From the NCBI RefSeq assembly GCF_001194135.2, contig NC_068990.1, forward strand, positions 88,888,211 to 88,952,210: a stretch of 64,000 nucleotides of DNA, given 5' to 3'. The notes below the pieces were generated by a model that did no database searches, had not been told where the DNA came from, and was given only the letters and a program-made list of their open reading frames with translations. Position numbers and translations under genes: made by a program. This DNA is from Octopus bimaculoides. Its lineage: Eukaryota. Below, piece after piece: positions 13,491 to 26,404 of the stretch (positions are counted from its first letter, which is position 1; each line of letters starts with the position of its first letter).

Positions 13491-13584
13491 ATGTCTGGAC
13501 TTAAACTGCAGGTTGTTACATATCTACTATTACTACTACAACTACTACTTCTTAATGATGCGTCACAGTTGCATTCCAACTCTG
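13491..13584 (+). CDS. Candidate first coding exon encoding a signal-peptide-like sequence (MSGLKLQVVTYLLLLLQLLLLNDASQLHSNS)
   Basis: ATG, basic residue and hydrophobic core, followed by G|GTAAAC donor and a pyrimidine/microsatellite-rich intron-like tract. The Leu run derives from a (CTA/TTA)n repeat, so it may be coincidental. Confidence 0.3.
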
Positions 13585-16500
13585 GTAAACTTCTCAGGGC
13601 TATTGTCTCACTCTCGTCACTCCTACACTCGCCCACTCACTATAACCTCACTTCTATCCTCTCACGCGCTCTTTCCCTCTGAATACGCCCGCGCACACGC
13701 TCATACACACGCACACACATGTATGTATGTATGTACACACAATACCTTTCGTCCTCTCTTCGTCTTTACCCACCTTCTCACTTCTCATCACTGATAATTC
13801 TTTTTGACAAACCATCTTCATCCTTGTTTTTCTTTTAATCGTCTCTCTTTTCCCTCTCTCCATACTTTTCTTCCTATATCTGTTTTTAGTTGCTTGCCCG
13901 TCATTATTTTTAATTGTCTATCTCTACCTCATACCCCAACTTTCTCTTTTCTCAAAGCTTTTTTGATTTGCTTCCTCTATTACAATTTTCTTTCTCTCTC
14001 ACTATTTTCTCTCCCCACTCTTTCTGTCTCCCTCTCTCTCAATTTTTTTACCTCTCTTTCTTTCCCTCTCTGCTTCTGTCTCAACTTCTTTCTCTTGTTT
14101 ATCCCCCCCCCCACTAACTATTACACTGTCAATATAGACAATTGTTAGATTTAGTCATCTCCCTTTACGTAATTTCTATATTTTACTCTGTATCTCTTCC
14201 TTGTCCTCTTTCATTCAAACATTCACTGTTGTTTCTTTCTTTCTCTCTCTCTCTCCCGCTATATATACATAAACCAATCACTCTATTAAACGTTTCTTCG
14301 TCATACGCTTTTTCTTTCATTCTCTCATTACTTCATCAACTGCTACTTCCGTGCGGGATACACCACAACTTCTAGGCATGAATAAGTGAAACAGTTTATA
14401 CAAAAAAAGAAAAAGAAAGAAGAAAAAAAAGATAATTTACATTATATATTGTCGACCTCCCGCTGCGGAAGCACGGGTGACCAAAATTTATGACAACAGA
14501 GATTAGTCATTTATCAAAAATTTCACTGCTGAACTATAGAACTCGGTACCACCTTGCCGAGAGAATTTTGTTTCTCGCAATTATTACAAACAAAGAAGCT
14601 AAACTAGATTGTTTAATCAGTGGTAGTACACGGGATGTGAAAACATTACGAAGAAATATTTAAGTACTATGAAAGTATACTTGCACACGTAAGTTGTTTT
14701 CCTCTTAATCTTATCAATTAAATCGGTAGACATTAAGTTTTTTTTATACTAAAAAAAAAAAACAACTGCAGGTTATTTTTGAGAAGCGTTGTGTACTTTT
14801 TCTGTTTATTCTTAATCTTCGTGTTTTTGCACGATTGAAAAAAAAGTTTCGGAAAGCTAACATTTTAAAATTCTTCGGGAAGCGACACTGTGATAGTTTC
14901 TATATTTAACCGTGCGTGTATATTCCTATTTTTGCTCCTGTTCTCTTCTACTTATCTACTAGAAACGTTTACTTTGGAATTTACTTCTATTGAGAAAAAT
15001 AAAATCGTGTGCATCAAGGTATATTTGTAGAAAATTTCACGAAAAAATATTAATTTTCCTGGAAGTTAAGAATTTAAGTGGACTCTGTTGGAATTTCCGA
15101 AAATTGTCCCCCACCCCCATTCCAAAACACTTTCACCAGAAATTTTTGTATATTCGGATTCTACATAGTAAATACTATATGCATAGCAAATTTCATTAAA
15201 AAATATTCATTTTTCTGAAAGTTATGACCTCCCAAAGTCTGGGGGGTAAAACCCTGTAGTTATGCCCAAATATATTTTACACACCTGTCGTATACGTCGG
15301 TTTTGTTTTTTTAACTTTACTTCATTTAGAGAATTAATATATATATATATATAAGTATAATATTTTGCTCAACTTCCGAACCTCTGAATTATCAATATTT
15401 TCATTAATTTTCTAATTTACAAGGCGAAGTATTTTCCCTTACTTTAATCTCGGCTCTTGTTCAAGTTTGGTGTCCCAAACTAAAATATTTACCTCAAAAT
15501 CATCATCTGGTGGTTTGCATCTCGTAATTTTATCTCCACCTATCTTATCCTTTATTCTTTCGCTTGATCTCTTATTCCTAATATAGCCACCTCAGGCGCG
15601 CGTGTGTATATGTTTTCTTTGAATCGCCATTTGAAGGGGGTATAAACGAGATTATGTGACATTCGTGCCTTTCTCGCTGTTTCTTCGTAGAGTAGTGGTT
15701 GAGACAGTTGCCTAGTCGACAAGCAAAAGATCAGCGGTTCGATTTTCGTGAGAGCACAAGTTTTGATTTTCCTAAAATTTAATATTCATGATTTCTAGCT
15801 ATAGCACAAGTGTCACACATTTTGGAAGAATAGTGTGGATTCTGTATGTGACATAAGTACGTAGTTGCTTTGGAGTCGTACACTACTGTCTACCATTCTC
15901 CGTACTTTTACTACTACTGCTGCTGCTGCTGCTACTACTACTACTACTGATAATAACAATTCTTTCTTTAATTGCCTTATGTGAAAAGACGGAAAACGTT
16001 ACAACAATTTGTTTACAATGCTATACGAATGAAAGGGATTTAGTTTTGGCCCTTAATACGTTTTGAATTCAAATTCCTCCTAACTCAATTTTGCCTTTCA
16101 TCTTTCCGGAGGTCGATAAAAATAAGGTATCAGTCAAGTACTATGGTGAATTTATTATTCTTGTAAAGAATCCTAAAGGTGAATGGAATTATAAAAGCAG
16201 ACGCTTGGTGCAGTATTTATATCGAGTACCGAAGAAGTTTTCTTTCTACAAGCCGAGTTTTCGTTTCGGTTTCGATCCCCAACAAAAGTATTTCACTTAC
16301 GTCTGTAATTCAATCGAGGAATTCAACACAAATTCCTTTTCCAAAATCAATAAGACTGGTATTTTCTCGTCTCAAAACATTAATTAACGAAATTAACAAC
16401 AGTGGGAATTGAACAGAGTAAGACCAACAAAATACTCTAATTGCTTTTACTCTAGTATCCTCCGTTTCTAATTAGCTCTCAACGACGGATAAACTGATCT

Positions 16501-18769
16501 GCGGTATTTAGTTACACAGATTCTGATTTTGAATCCTGCCAAAGTCGACTTCACTTTTCGTCCCTATTGGCTAAGTGAAATAATTACTGGGTTCCATATA
16601 AAATCGACTGTTCCTTTCCTCAGTTTGTGGCCGTGTGCCAATCTTGGAAACTATTACTATTATTATTCGAGCGTTATCAAATTAGGCATTCGTTACACCA
16701 GAAACTTTTTTTATTCGTGTTAGGTTTTCTTTAATTTCTCAAATGGACTTTCTGCAAAAAGTTTATCAAAATACCATTATTAATTGGTACTATACTTTGG
16801 GTTCACTTATGTCATAGACATGGAAATTTTGTATCTTAATTCCGTATGTGGCATTGTTTAGCATTAGTTAAGTAGACAACGCAGGTTAAAATTTTTTTCC
16901 TCTTCAGGAAAATGAAGTGTCGCCTATCGCAAATTGTCGAATTGAGACGGATAAATGAAAAGGCTAAATTAGATTCAAAATAAAACATCTAAACGTAAAT
17001 ATCGGTACAAGACCACAAATTTTGAAGTTAACGATTATTTATTCCATTCAGATTGGAAGAAGGAAGGAAATGTAAAGTCGATCTCGGTGTACTTTAAACT
17101 CAGAACGTGGATAGATGAGAATGAATGTTATTAATCTTTGGCATTTATTCTATCGTCCACCCACCCCACCGACAGTGATTTTTAACTGTGGGACTGGGTC
17201 ATTTCCAAGGGGAGGGAAGAGTACAACCAGCTGAATTCTCCATATAAAAGTAGAATACTAGATGCGAGGAAGAAATGGTGGGCTGTTTTGGTAAAATAAT
17301 TTTAAAAAATAAATATGTGCTACGCGAAAGGAATTCCAAAATTCAAAAGGTAGAAATGTGAAAGACAGACTGATGACCGAAAATGTTTCAGCCTTGACCA
17401 TCCAGCCTTATTTTTAGGCATAATATATCGAGGAATATATTATTCTGTGTTTTTGGTTGCTATTTATTGCTAGTGGTTCACTTAACGTAGAAGTTTTTTT
17501 TCTTTTGCTCTACTTCTTTACATTATTTATACTTATTGAGTCCAGAGGTGTGGTGTATTTAGAGAGAAGTAAATAGTCTTTCTCATTCTACAGTTTCAGC
17601 TATTGCATTGCTTTTTCTTTCTTTTTTCTTAAACGCAAATTTGCAATTATGTGAAGAATTCAATGATAAGACTCGACAGACGGTAGCATGAATTATTTTC
17701 CGTCTACTGACGTGGCATTTTGAGAATTTCTTTGATAGAAGCAGGCAAAGCAATAGACATTCTTTAATCTTTACCCTGCCTATCATAAACAGATGCTACA
17801 CGAATCAATGAAGGAGTTAATATAGTCGGGCGTAGAAGTAGTAGTCAAATCTATAGATGGAAAAAAAATATCCTGAAAACGGGAAGGACACATGGTAGTT
17901 CGCGATACCATTAAAAATCAAGATCAATCTTGATTGAAACGTCTTTGAGCATAGCCTGCTCAATCTGAGATGATCTGGGACTAAACAATAAATGCTTTTA
18001 TTTCATTATGATTGCTTTTTTTTCTTGTATATATTGGCGTCTATTTATAGATAACTATGTATGAAAGTAAATTATTTATCCATTTCCTAATAGCACTTTG
18101 TTGTTGTTTATTCTCCAGATCAGGCCGAAAGATCGCCATCAGGCCTTAGTTGAGCAGATTTATGATCAAAGGCACTTCAGCTGTGGCCATCCCGTCTATT
18201 TCTACTAGAACTACGTTGATCAATATATTCTTTCATTTTAAGACGCTAAGTTGTGGTTTGAGAGAGTTTGGCTATTATTTCTAGCATATTGAGTGACCGT
18301 GTAGACGCTCGATTTCTTACATTTATGCTTGCATCTATTTCTATTTTGGTAACTCTCTCATAGATTTTATAGATTCCATATTTTAATTGATTTCTGACTT
18401 GTTTCTGCCTCCTCACTAGATACGTGTATATGTACGCGCGCGCGCGCGTGTATACAAACTGATAAAAGAAAACACGTGCGCGACACGCACGCCAGACACG
18501 AAAACTCACGTCATCATAATAGTCATTGGATAATATTCTTTTATTCGTTTCAGTCATTTCACTGCGGCCATGCTGGAGCATCGCAACAAAAACTCAGATG
18601 GATCCCCAAGGGTATATGGGCCCCGGGTTGAGAAACACTAGTTTAAACTGACACAAATTTCACACACCACATCTAAGTTGAAAGGATCACAGAGTATGAA
18701 ATTCAACTCAAACAGTGGCCAAATATTTAGTTTAAATAAATGCATGTGTGTATGCATATTCTTTTGCTC

Positions 18770-18964
18770 TTTTACTTGTTTCAGTTATTTGACTATGGCC
18801 ATGCTGGAGTACCACCTTTAGTCGAAGAAATCAACCCCAGGAATTATTCTTTGTAAATCTAGTACTTATTCTAATGGTCTCCTTTTGCCGAACCACTAAG
18901 TTACGGGTACGTAAACACACCAACACCAGTTGTCAAGTGATGGTGGTGGGACAAACACAGACAG

Positions 18965-19005
<41 letters not shown>

Positions 19006-19140
19006 GATATATGACGGGCTTCTTTCAGTTTCCGTCTACCAAATCCACTCACAAGGTTTTGGTCAGCTCGAGGCTATAGTAGAAGACACTTGCCCAAGGT
19101 GCCACGCTGTGGGACTGAACCGGAACCATGTGGTTGGTAA
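18770..19140 (-). mobile_element. tRNA-derived SINE, family 1
   Basis: Reverse complement of the family seen on + at 33757-34137 (ggttccggttcagtcccacagcgtggcaccttgggcaagtg...ccagcatggcc...gaaacaagtaaaag). Confidence 0.8.
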
Positions 19141-19539
19141 GCGAGGAGAATTGGAAATTCTTTCGTTTTGTGATCACAAAATAAAGTGTTAAAATATCGT
19201 ATGGAAAAAGGATTTTTGAGAATCATAATCTCTGTATTTTAAAATGTGAATTTGAAAGATTATGTGCATATAGTATGCAGATGTTCACTGAAAGTATTAT
19301 TCCTTGGCCATGTTGCTGATACAAAAATAACTGCTGTCAGACCTTTAAAAACAAGAAAACAAAATAAAACTCACATCACCCTCCAAAAATACTGTTCTTA
19401 TCAGGAAAAGCAGAAACAACACAGCTTTCAATTTTTTTTTTTTTTTTTTTTTTTGTAAAAATTCCCATCTCTGTGCTTTTGTAAGAAGATTAAATAAGCT
19501 GTTATTAAAAGATAATTGTTTTCAAACATTTGACTAATT

Positions 19540-20950
19540 TGTTACAGTGAATAGAGCTGTCAGTTTTGTCTGTGCACTTTAAATCATCTAACTTCATTTA
19601 CATCAGAAATGAATGAACTGGAAATATTGGGTGAAGATTAGCATGAACTGACCAGTTCTGAGAAAGTAGAGGCTTCTAGTTGTGGTAGGAAAGGCAGAGA
19701 GAAGAAACAGTATATTTCCGGGTCAGAAGTTAGTGTTTGAGTGATCTCATGTTAATTTAGTAGGGTTTTTTTGTTTTTTTTTTTAGTGTAGTCTAGAATG
19801 CCTGTATGTGCAATAGTATACTATCCCAGAGGAGGGAGCACTATTCCATTATGAAGTACTTCTGAGTTTTATATGTTGTTTAGTAGTTGTTGGGAATGTT
19901 ATACTATTTTCTAGCTCTGAAGAGAAAGGCCTGTCTTTGTATGCAGTCTTTGCTATGTTAAGAACATGCATTTGCCAAGTGAGGTTCTCAGTGATAGTAA
20001 AGCATAGATTTGAAACTATTGTGAGGGTTCTAGTTACATGATATTCATATTTAGGGAAGGTGAAGTGTTATGTTTCCTTTATAAGTATAGCAATTGTATC
20101 ACTTTGTGGTTGAGAGAGACAAGATTGGTATTCCTACTGGAAAATGCTTCTATGGGCTCTGTTCACAGTCAGTCTAGGTTTGGCACAAGGTGTCTAGGTT
20201 GCAAGTGGATGACACTTGGATGTGGAAAATTACAGAGGAATGTAGAGTTGGAAATTTGATGCAGTAGTGAGCATTGTTGAAGGAGATAGCAAATAGGTTA
20301 TTAGTGTATAAGAAGAGTATAGAGAACAAATGCTGAACTGTGGGGATACTAGAGTTGATAATGTGGCTCAGATAGAACTCTAAAAGCATAAGTTGTGATA
20401 ATTTGATCTGAAAGGATTTGCATTGACAGTATTTTACAGTACAGAATACTTCATATCTCTGATCTTCTTCTTGCAGAACCTTAGAAAATCTCTTACTTTG
20501 TATGTTGAATATTGAGCTTACTTGTAATGTATACCTGATATCAATTTCAATTTCTACCTGTCTGATAGTGCTTTTGCTTACTTTGTCACCAATCTTTCCA
20601 GTCTTGTCTCTTTACTTTTCTGGCTCTATTTAAGGTTCCACTCATTCTATCACCATATTACTTTCTGTTTTACCTTGCTTTTCCTACAGCACCCATTTAC
20701 TCATCTCTGCAATCTGGCCAGATCTACCTTTTATTATGCTAGCACTGATGGTGACAGCCTTGAAGATTTGTATCTGACCAGAAGAAAGGGGTTTCCAGTG
20801 GTGGGTGAGTTGTTTTCCTATCATTTGATGATAGTTGATTCTCACAGTTGGTCAACCCACGATTGTGTGTCATACAAATATAAGTGTTAGTGCTATGTAC
20901 ACATTTAGGGCTTTTCATTGTATTTGTAACTATCATGATTTTAGCATAGT
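19540..20950 (-). mobile_element. Degraded CR1/Jockey-group LINE reverse transcriptase relic
   Basis: Minus translation IPTVQHLFSILFLYTNNLFAISFNNAHYCIKFPTLHSS resembles PQGSVLSPTLFLxxINDL..HCFADDSTLHSS; downstream ITENLTWQMHVLNIAKTA. Many stops and frameshifts. Confidence 0.55.
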
Positions 20951-22329
20951 TTTATTAGCCTTTTGCTCTTCCTGTTGTGAACCACTTTACAATATAGATT
21001 AGATACATCTTATTGTGCTTCAAGCCCTGGAGACGTTGTCAAGTCAACCTAAAGTATTTTCTCTACACTATTAGTTTTATTTGTTTTCATTCAGAGTTAC
21101 TATTCTCTTATTGTACAGTCTTCATTTACTCCATCTAGAATTTCATTCAGTCATTGTTCTCCTGGTTAGATAGGGAGAATGCTATAAAAGAGAGGCTGAA
21201 CATGTTTGTAGGCAAAAATAGATACTAATAAATATGATGATGATGAGGAGGAGGAGGATAATTGTTTTTAATTTAGGAACAAGGCCAGTAGTTTTGAGGA
21301 GATGGGATAGTTGATACCATTATACTCTAGTACTTGACTGATACTTTGTTTTATCAATCCTAAAAGGATGAAAAGCAAATTTTTATCTTGGCAGGATTTG
21401 AGTTCAGCATATGACCTTGCAAGTTGGGCCCAGTTAGAATTTTGTTTAAGTCAAGTAGCCCACCCCATTCAAAAGGTCCCTGAATAAGGGTTGTTTAAGG
21501 ATGTTGAATGAAACACTTATGTTTCCAGAGATGAATTATTCAAACCCCATAGAATTCCTCTCAACACATGGCTATGATGCTCCCCCACTACTTCTGCTCG
21601 TGATCAGAGATGTCAGCCACCAAGGGACATGCTCAACTGGTTAAAGTCAAATAACAGACAAGCAAATCTGTGGTATTGAACAGAATATGTACTGTAGCTC
21701 GTAATCCCTACTAGAAGGATTATAAAGATATGACAAAACAAAATCTGTCAAGAGTGAGTCACTCACAGCTGATTTAAAGTTATATTTGTTTTATTAGTCA
21801 GCTGGTGGTGGTGTTTACATCCGAATGTGTTCTCAGTCACCGGTCAACCACGTCCATAACCCAGTTTCAAAGATTTCATTTCATTCATTTAGGCAGGACA
21901 AATGTTTCTTCACTTAACTAGATCTGTTTTCTAGACAACTGTCAGTGGACTTGTTGCTTTTTTCTTTCTCAGATTGGTACTTATAATCTCTCTCTCTCTC
22001 TTTTTCTGTATATATGTACATACATAGACACACACACACAAATAAACAAACACGCATATACACACACACACATGCATAACACGTATACTAAAGCTTTCTT
22101 ACTATTTTCTATTACTATTGCATTCCTCGTGTTCTCTTAGCACAACAAAGTACATGTATGAGTGTTTGTCATCATTGTTTTATATGCATATTTTAGCAAT
22201 ATATTCTGAAAATTATTAGAATAAACAAGCTACTCTGGATTTTTGTGAACAAACATGGAAGATGATGCCCTAACTTTATGTGCCATATTTTGACTTCCAT
22301 TTCTCTTTTTGCTATACTGACACCAACAA

Positions 22330-22840
22330 CACTTTAAATTTAACAGGAAAGGAAAAGGTTCACTGTACTTGTAACTCTAGCCTCTAACTACGACGATTCA
22401 ACTTTTTGAATGAGGTTGGGAAGAACATATCTGTGGCCAAGAGAAAGAAATATTTTCAGTGATTAGATGTCAAGATGGCCAAGTTCATCCTGTGAGTCTA
22501 GAACAGCATCAATGACAAACTATGATGGGTTGATGTGGTCCATTGGCAAAACAACTCAAGATGGCTGAATCCAAACATGTGATACATGAGAATATCACAT
22601 CCAAGGGCTACATGATGAGGGGAGGGTATTTCATGTTAGGCAAGACATAGGAGAGCTGTGTGATTATGGGACCCACTATATGATGTGGCCTCTAATTTTC
22701 AAAGCCAAGGCCTCATTGGGGGCTGTTGTCATGGATGTGGTTGGTATTATGGATGGAAGCCACCAGATCCTGGTATGAAGTTTCTTCCATGACAACATCA
22801 GGACCATCACTGGGGCTGACAATGGCTTTGTTGAATGATC
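22330..22840 (-). mobile_element. Possible LTR-retrotransposon integrase relic
   Basis: Minus strand shows SDGPDV.. and DILMYHMFGFSHL-like segments weakly resembling Gypsy integrase SDGGPEF..SPAQILFGR. Highly decayed. Confidence 0.3.
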
Positions 22841-23185
22841 TGTTTCTTTGATGTATCTAGTTGAAAACGTGAAGAATTTTTCTGGGAATATGTTTTTTTT
22901 TCAGTTTATTATTTCAGTTTTTCCTTGTTTTGTTCTCAGTTGCCTTGTATATCTTGTATATGTGTATTGTAATAGCAGCCATATGTACTCTAGTTTTAAA
23001 ATACTGTATCTGTGCTTGTTCTGTGAGTTAACTAAAAAGTTGTGTACCAGGAAGGACATTTGGCTGTAATACACTGCCTCAAAAAGGAACCTTGCTAAGT
23101 ACAATTAAAAATAGGGTCTACGAAGCTAACCCCAGCATTAGCAGGGAAAATGGTCTTAAAGTCTTTGTAACAGTAATTCAGTGTA

Positions 23186-23300
23186 GGTATGGCTGTGTGG
23201 TTAGGAAGTTCTGTTCCCAACCACTGCATGGCACCTTTGGCAAGTGTCTTCTATAGCCCTGGGCAAACCAAAGTGAGTGGATTTAGTAGAAACTAGCTCA
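23186..23300 (+). mobile_element. Degenerate SINE family 1 head
   Basis: ggctgtgtggttaggaagt...tggcacctttggcaagtgtcttctatagccctgggcaaaccaaagtgagtggatttagtaga. Confidence 0.65.
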
Positions 23301-24880
23301 TTACGTATATGTGAGTACTTTCATATTTCCCATGTATATTTGCTTGCTGTTTGTAAACAATGGCTTCACTAATGGTGTCATTTACTTTTAATCCACTGCA
23401 AAAGCATGTCTGGGTTTCTTGACATTTTGCACAATCTTTGTAAAGAAAAAGACTTGTTCATACAGAGTCAATTATTTTCAGTTCTCCTTGTAAACATGTC
23501 CATGTTTATTGTTTTACAAACTGGATAAATATTACCACACTTGGAAATAAGTTGAGGCTGATGACAGGAAGAGTATTTAACCAGAGACAGTTCTGCCTGA
23601 ACATACTCTTGTCGACCCATGCAAGCATCCTATTAAAACTAAAATGATGATATGTGTGCGTGCATCTTCGCACGTTCACATGCACATTGGGTTAAACATT
23701 CTGAAACACAGTAATCAGAATATTATAGGGTAAACATCAATATTTATGTAATTATACAGGTATAATCGTACAAGATTTTATTCTTTTGGTAAATATTTTG
23801 TACCTCAGTATGGAATAATTTTTTTCCACTTTTTTGTGGGTGCATTCAACATGTCTGACCGCCAAACCCACTGCAAGCCACTTTTTTTTCTGGAAAAGAA
23901 AGCTAGGAGGGGTGGTGGGGACCTTGAAGTTTCCCAAGTAAGTTTTGTTTTGCAGGTCTTTTTTTCTTTTCTAGGTTATTTTGCATGCTTTCAACGAATG
24001 TGATATCAAAATTACGTGTGAATGACTCCTTTTTCTAGAAAAAGAAAGATTTGGCTGCTATTTCTAGAATGCCCTGCTACCATGTAACAGCTATTTGCAT
24101 TCACACTGAAATATTTACCAACTTTTTTCCTTAACTGATACTTTATCAATCCCAGAAACCCAGAATGATGAGTTTTAGATGACCTTATTAGAGTTTGAAC
24201 CCAAAGTGTAAAAGCCAGAAAAATAACACAAAGCATTATGTTTGACACTACAATGTTGCTGCCAATTCAAATAATACTGATTTCCAATATAGGTACAAGA
24301 CCAGAAATTAAGTGGAAGGGAAATGCTTGATTATATTACGCTAGGTACTTTATTTTATTGACCCAGTGAGAATGAAAGCAAAGTTGATGGCAACAAGATT
24401 TGAACTCAAAATTTAATGAGTTGTAACTAAAAATTGCTTTGAATTTTGTATGAGACTTAAAATTCTGTCCATTTGTATAATATGCAATTGTGTATGTAAT
24501 TGTATTTACCAAAAAAAAAAAAAAATTAACCAAACATTTTATGTACATGCATGTAACTTGTGTTTTTTTTTTTTATTTCTTCTAGCTTGAAGATGCCCCC
24601 TTTTCATTGAGGACACAAATTGACATGCAGAATACCATAGCAGAGCATTGTTATAATCAACTTTGGAGATTGCCTTATCTACCAGAACTGGGAACTAAAA
24701 GTTCTTTCCAGAGACGAAAACATTCCTACATAATTCTTTAAACTAACATGACCAGAATGGTTATTATTCTGTTTAAATTATAATTAAACTATTTAAGTTC
24801 TAATTATGACAATGCAAATATTTAAAGAAGCTTAAGCAATTCCTACTACTTTCAAGGGAAAATACTATAAGAGAATAAAA

Positions 24881-26332
24881 ATGGAGAAAAGTGACTTAAA
24901 TGAGAATTTTACATACCAAGATGATATCATTCGTCGCACACGGAAAGCAATCCGTGATTTGCACACACTTCGTAATGAACACCTCAGCATCATCAATAAT
25001 ATCAAAATGAATTTCAAAAGCAATGTAGTTGATACAAATGATATAACAGTAGAAAAACTTGATGTTTTGAAACATTCCCAAGAAGCAATAGACTTGGCTT
25101 TGGAAGAAGCAGAAATAACAATGCTTTTGACAAAACATTTGCAGTATCTAGAAGGAGAGAACTTGAAACTGCGTACTGAGGTGTCACTTCTGAGGAAAGA
25201 GAATGATTGGTTAAGAAGTGAATTGTTAGATGCTCAAACCAAATTGCAAAACTGTCAAGAATCTCTTGTAGTTGCTGAGGAGAAATTAAAGCACTTTGAG
25301 TTCATGAAAGAGTTAAATTATGATGAGAATGAGGAAAAAACTGATAATGGTAGTGAGGGCAAATGCCGCCCTTCATCTTTTGATATGAGTTTCTTGGATG
25401 ACATTATAGAAGACACAGAAAGTCCTGGCTATGAAATTCCTGCTCGATTCCGATCGTTGTATGACTTAATAACACAGTATGTTATGCAAGGTCGACATCA
25501 GGTAGCATTAACTTTATGTAAGCAAACAATACAGAATTTAGAAAAAACTAGTCGGTTTAACCCTGAAGAAGCTATAGTCCTACATATGCAGGCTCGCATC
25601 TATAAAGATATGGGCAACATGCAAGAGGCTGTCAGAGTGTTAAAGGCTGCTCTTTTAATAAGAGAAAACACTTTAGGTCATGAACATCCTAGTGTGGCAG
25701 CAGTTCTAAATAACCTTGCTGTGATGTATGGAAAAAGTGGTAATTTCAAAGATGCTGAAAAAATGTGTAAGAGAGCTCTGGAAATAAAAGAGAAAATCAA
25801 TGGTACTTATCATCCTTCAGTTGCAAAGTTATTCAATAATCTGGCACTTCTCTGTCAAAATCAAAACAAATATGAACAAGCAGAGTACTATTACAATCAG
25901 TCTTTGGAAATATATAAATCTATGTTTGGAAATGATCATATGTCGGTAATGAAAAGTAAAAATAACCATGCTTCTTTATATCTTCGGCAAGGAAAGTATC
26001 GGCAAGCTCAGGATATCTACAGAGAGGTTCTTATACAGTTTTGTGAAAAGAAATACGGTAGCATCGATGATGACAGTGGGCATACTTTAACTCCTCAGGA
26101 ACAAGAAAATGGTGGCTTGTTAATCTATTATATAAAAAAAATATGCGAACGGAGTAAAATGGGTTTGAACGTTTTTAAGAATCCTGCATTAATCACAACT
26201 TTGGTGAACATGGGTATACTTCATAGACTTATTGGTAAAAACAAAGAAGCTTCTCTCTTTGAAGAGAGTGTCTTTAGAATGAAAAAGACTAACAGTCGCT
26301 ATAAATTAGTAACAGTTCCTGAAGAAAATTGA
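24881..26332 (+). CDS. KLC: Kinesin light chain-like protein, intronless diverged paralog (probable retrogene), 483 aa
   Basis: Uninterrupted ORF. Heptad region EKLDVLKHSQEAIDLALEEAE..KLRTEVSLLRKENDWLRSEL..KHFEFM corresponds to KLC KLRAQVRRLCQENxWLRDEL..KHLEFM. GYEIPARFRSLYDL corresponds to GYEIPARLRTLHNL. TPRs HPSVAAVLNNLAVMYGK, CKRALEIKEK, NNLALLCQNQNKY, KSKNNHASLYLRQGKY and TPR6 TTLVNMGILHRLIGK are present. Confidence 0.95.
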   Translation: MEKSDLNENFTYQDDIIRRTRKAIRDLHTLRNEHLSIINNIKMNFKSNVVDTNDITVEKLDVLKHSQEAIDLALEEAEITMLLTKHLQYLEGENLKLRTEVSLLRKENDWLRSELLDAQTKLQNCQESLVVAEEKLKHFEFMKELNYDENEEKTDNGSEGKCRPSSFDMSFLDDIIEDTESPGYEIPARFRSLYDLITQYVMQGRHQVALTLCKQTIQNLEKTSRFNPEEAIVLHMQARIYKDMGNMQEAVRVLKAALLIRENTLGHEHPSVAAVLNNLAVMYGKSGNFKDAEKMCKRALEIKEKINGTYHPSVAKLFNNLALLCQNQNKYEQAEYYYNQSLEIYKSMFGNDHMSVMKSKNNHASLYLRQGKYRQAQDIYREVLIQFCEKKYGSIDDDSGHTLTPQEQENGGLLIYYIKKICERSKMGLNVFKNPALITTLVNMGILHRLIGKNKEASLFEESVFRMKKTNSRYKLVTVPEEN

Positions 26333-26398
26333 TTTACACTGTATACATACATACATGCATACTGTTCTACACTGCTACAACTCAGTTTATCACATCAC

Positions 26399-26404
26399 AA
26401 TAAA
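26399..26404 (+). terminator. Putative polyadenylation signal for the KLC-like gene
   Basis: AATAAA 67 nt after the stop codon. Confidence 0.4.

Noticed and set aside
17370-17420. CTGATGA..GAAA and a decayed PLE-like end
   Set aside because: No pairing stems; too degraded to call a ribozyme.
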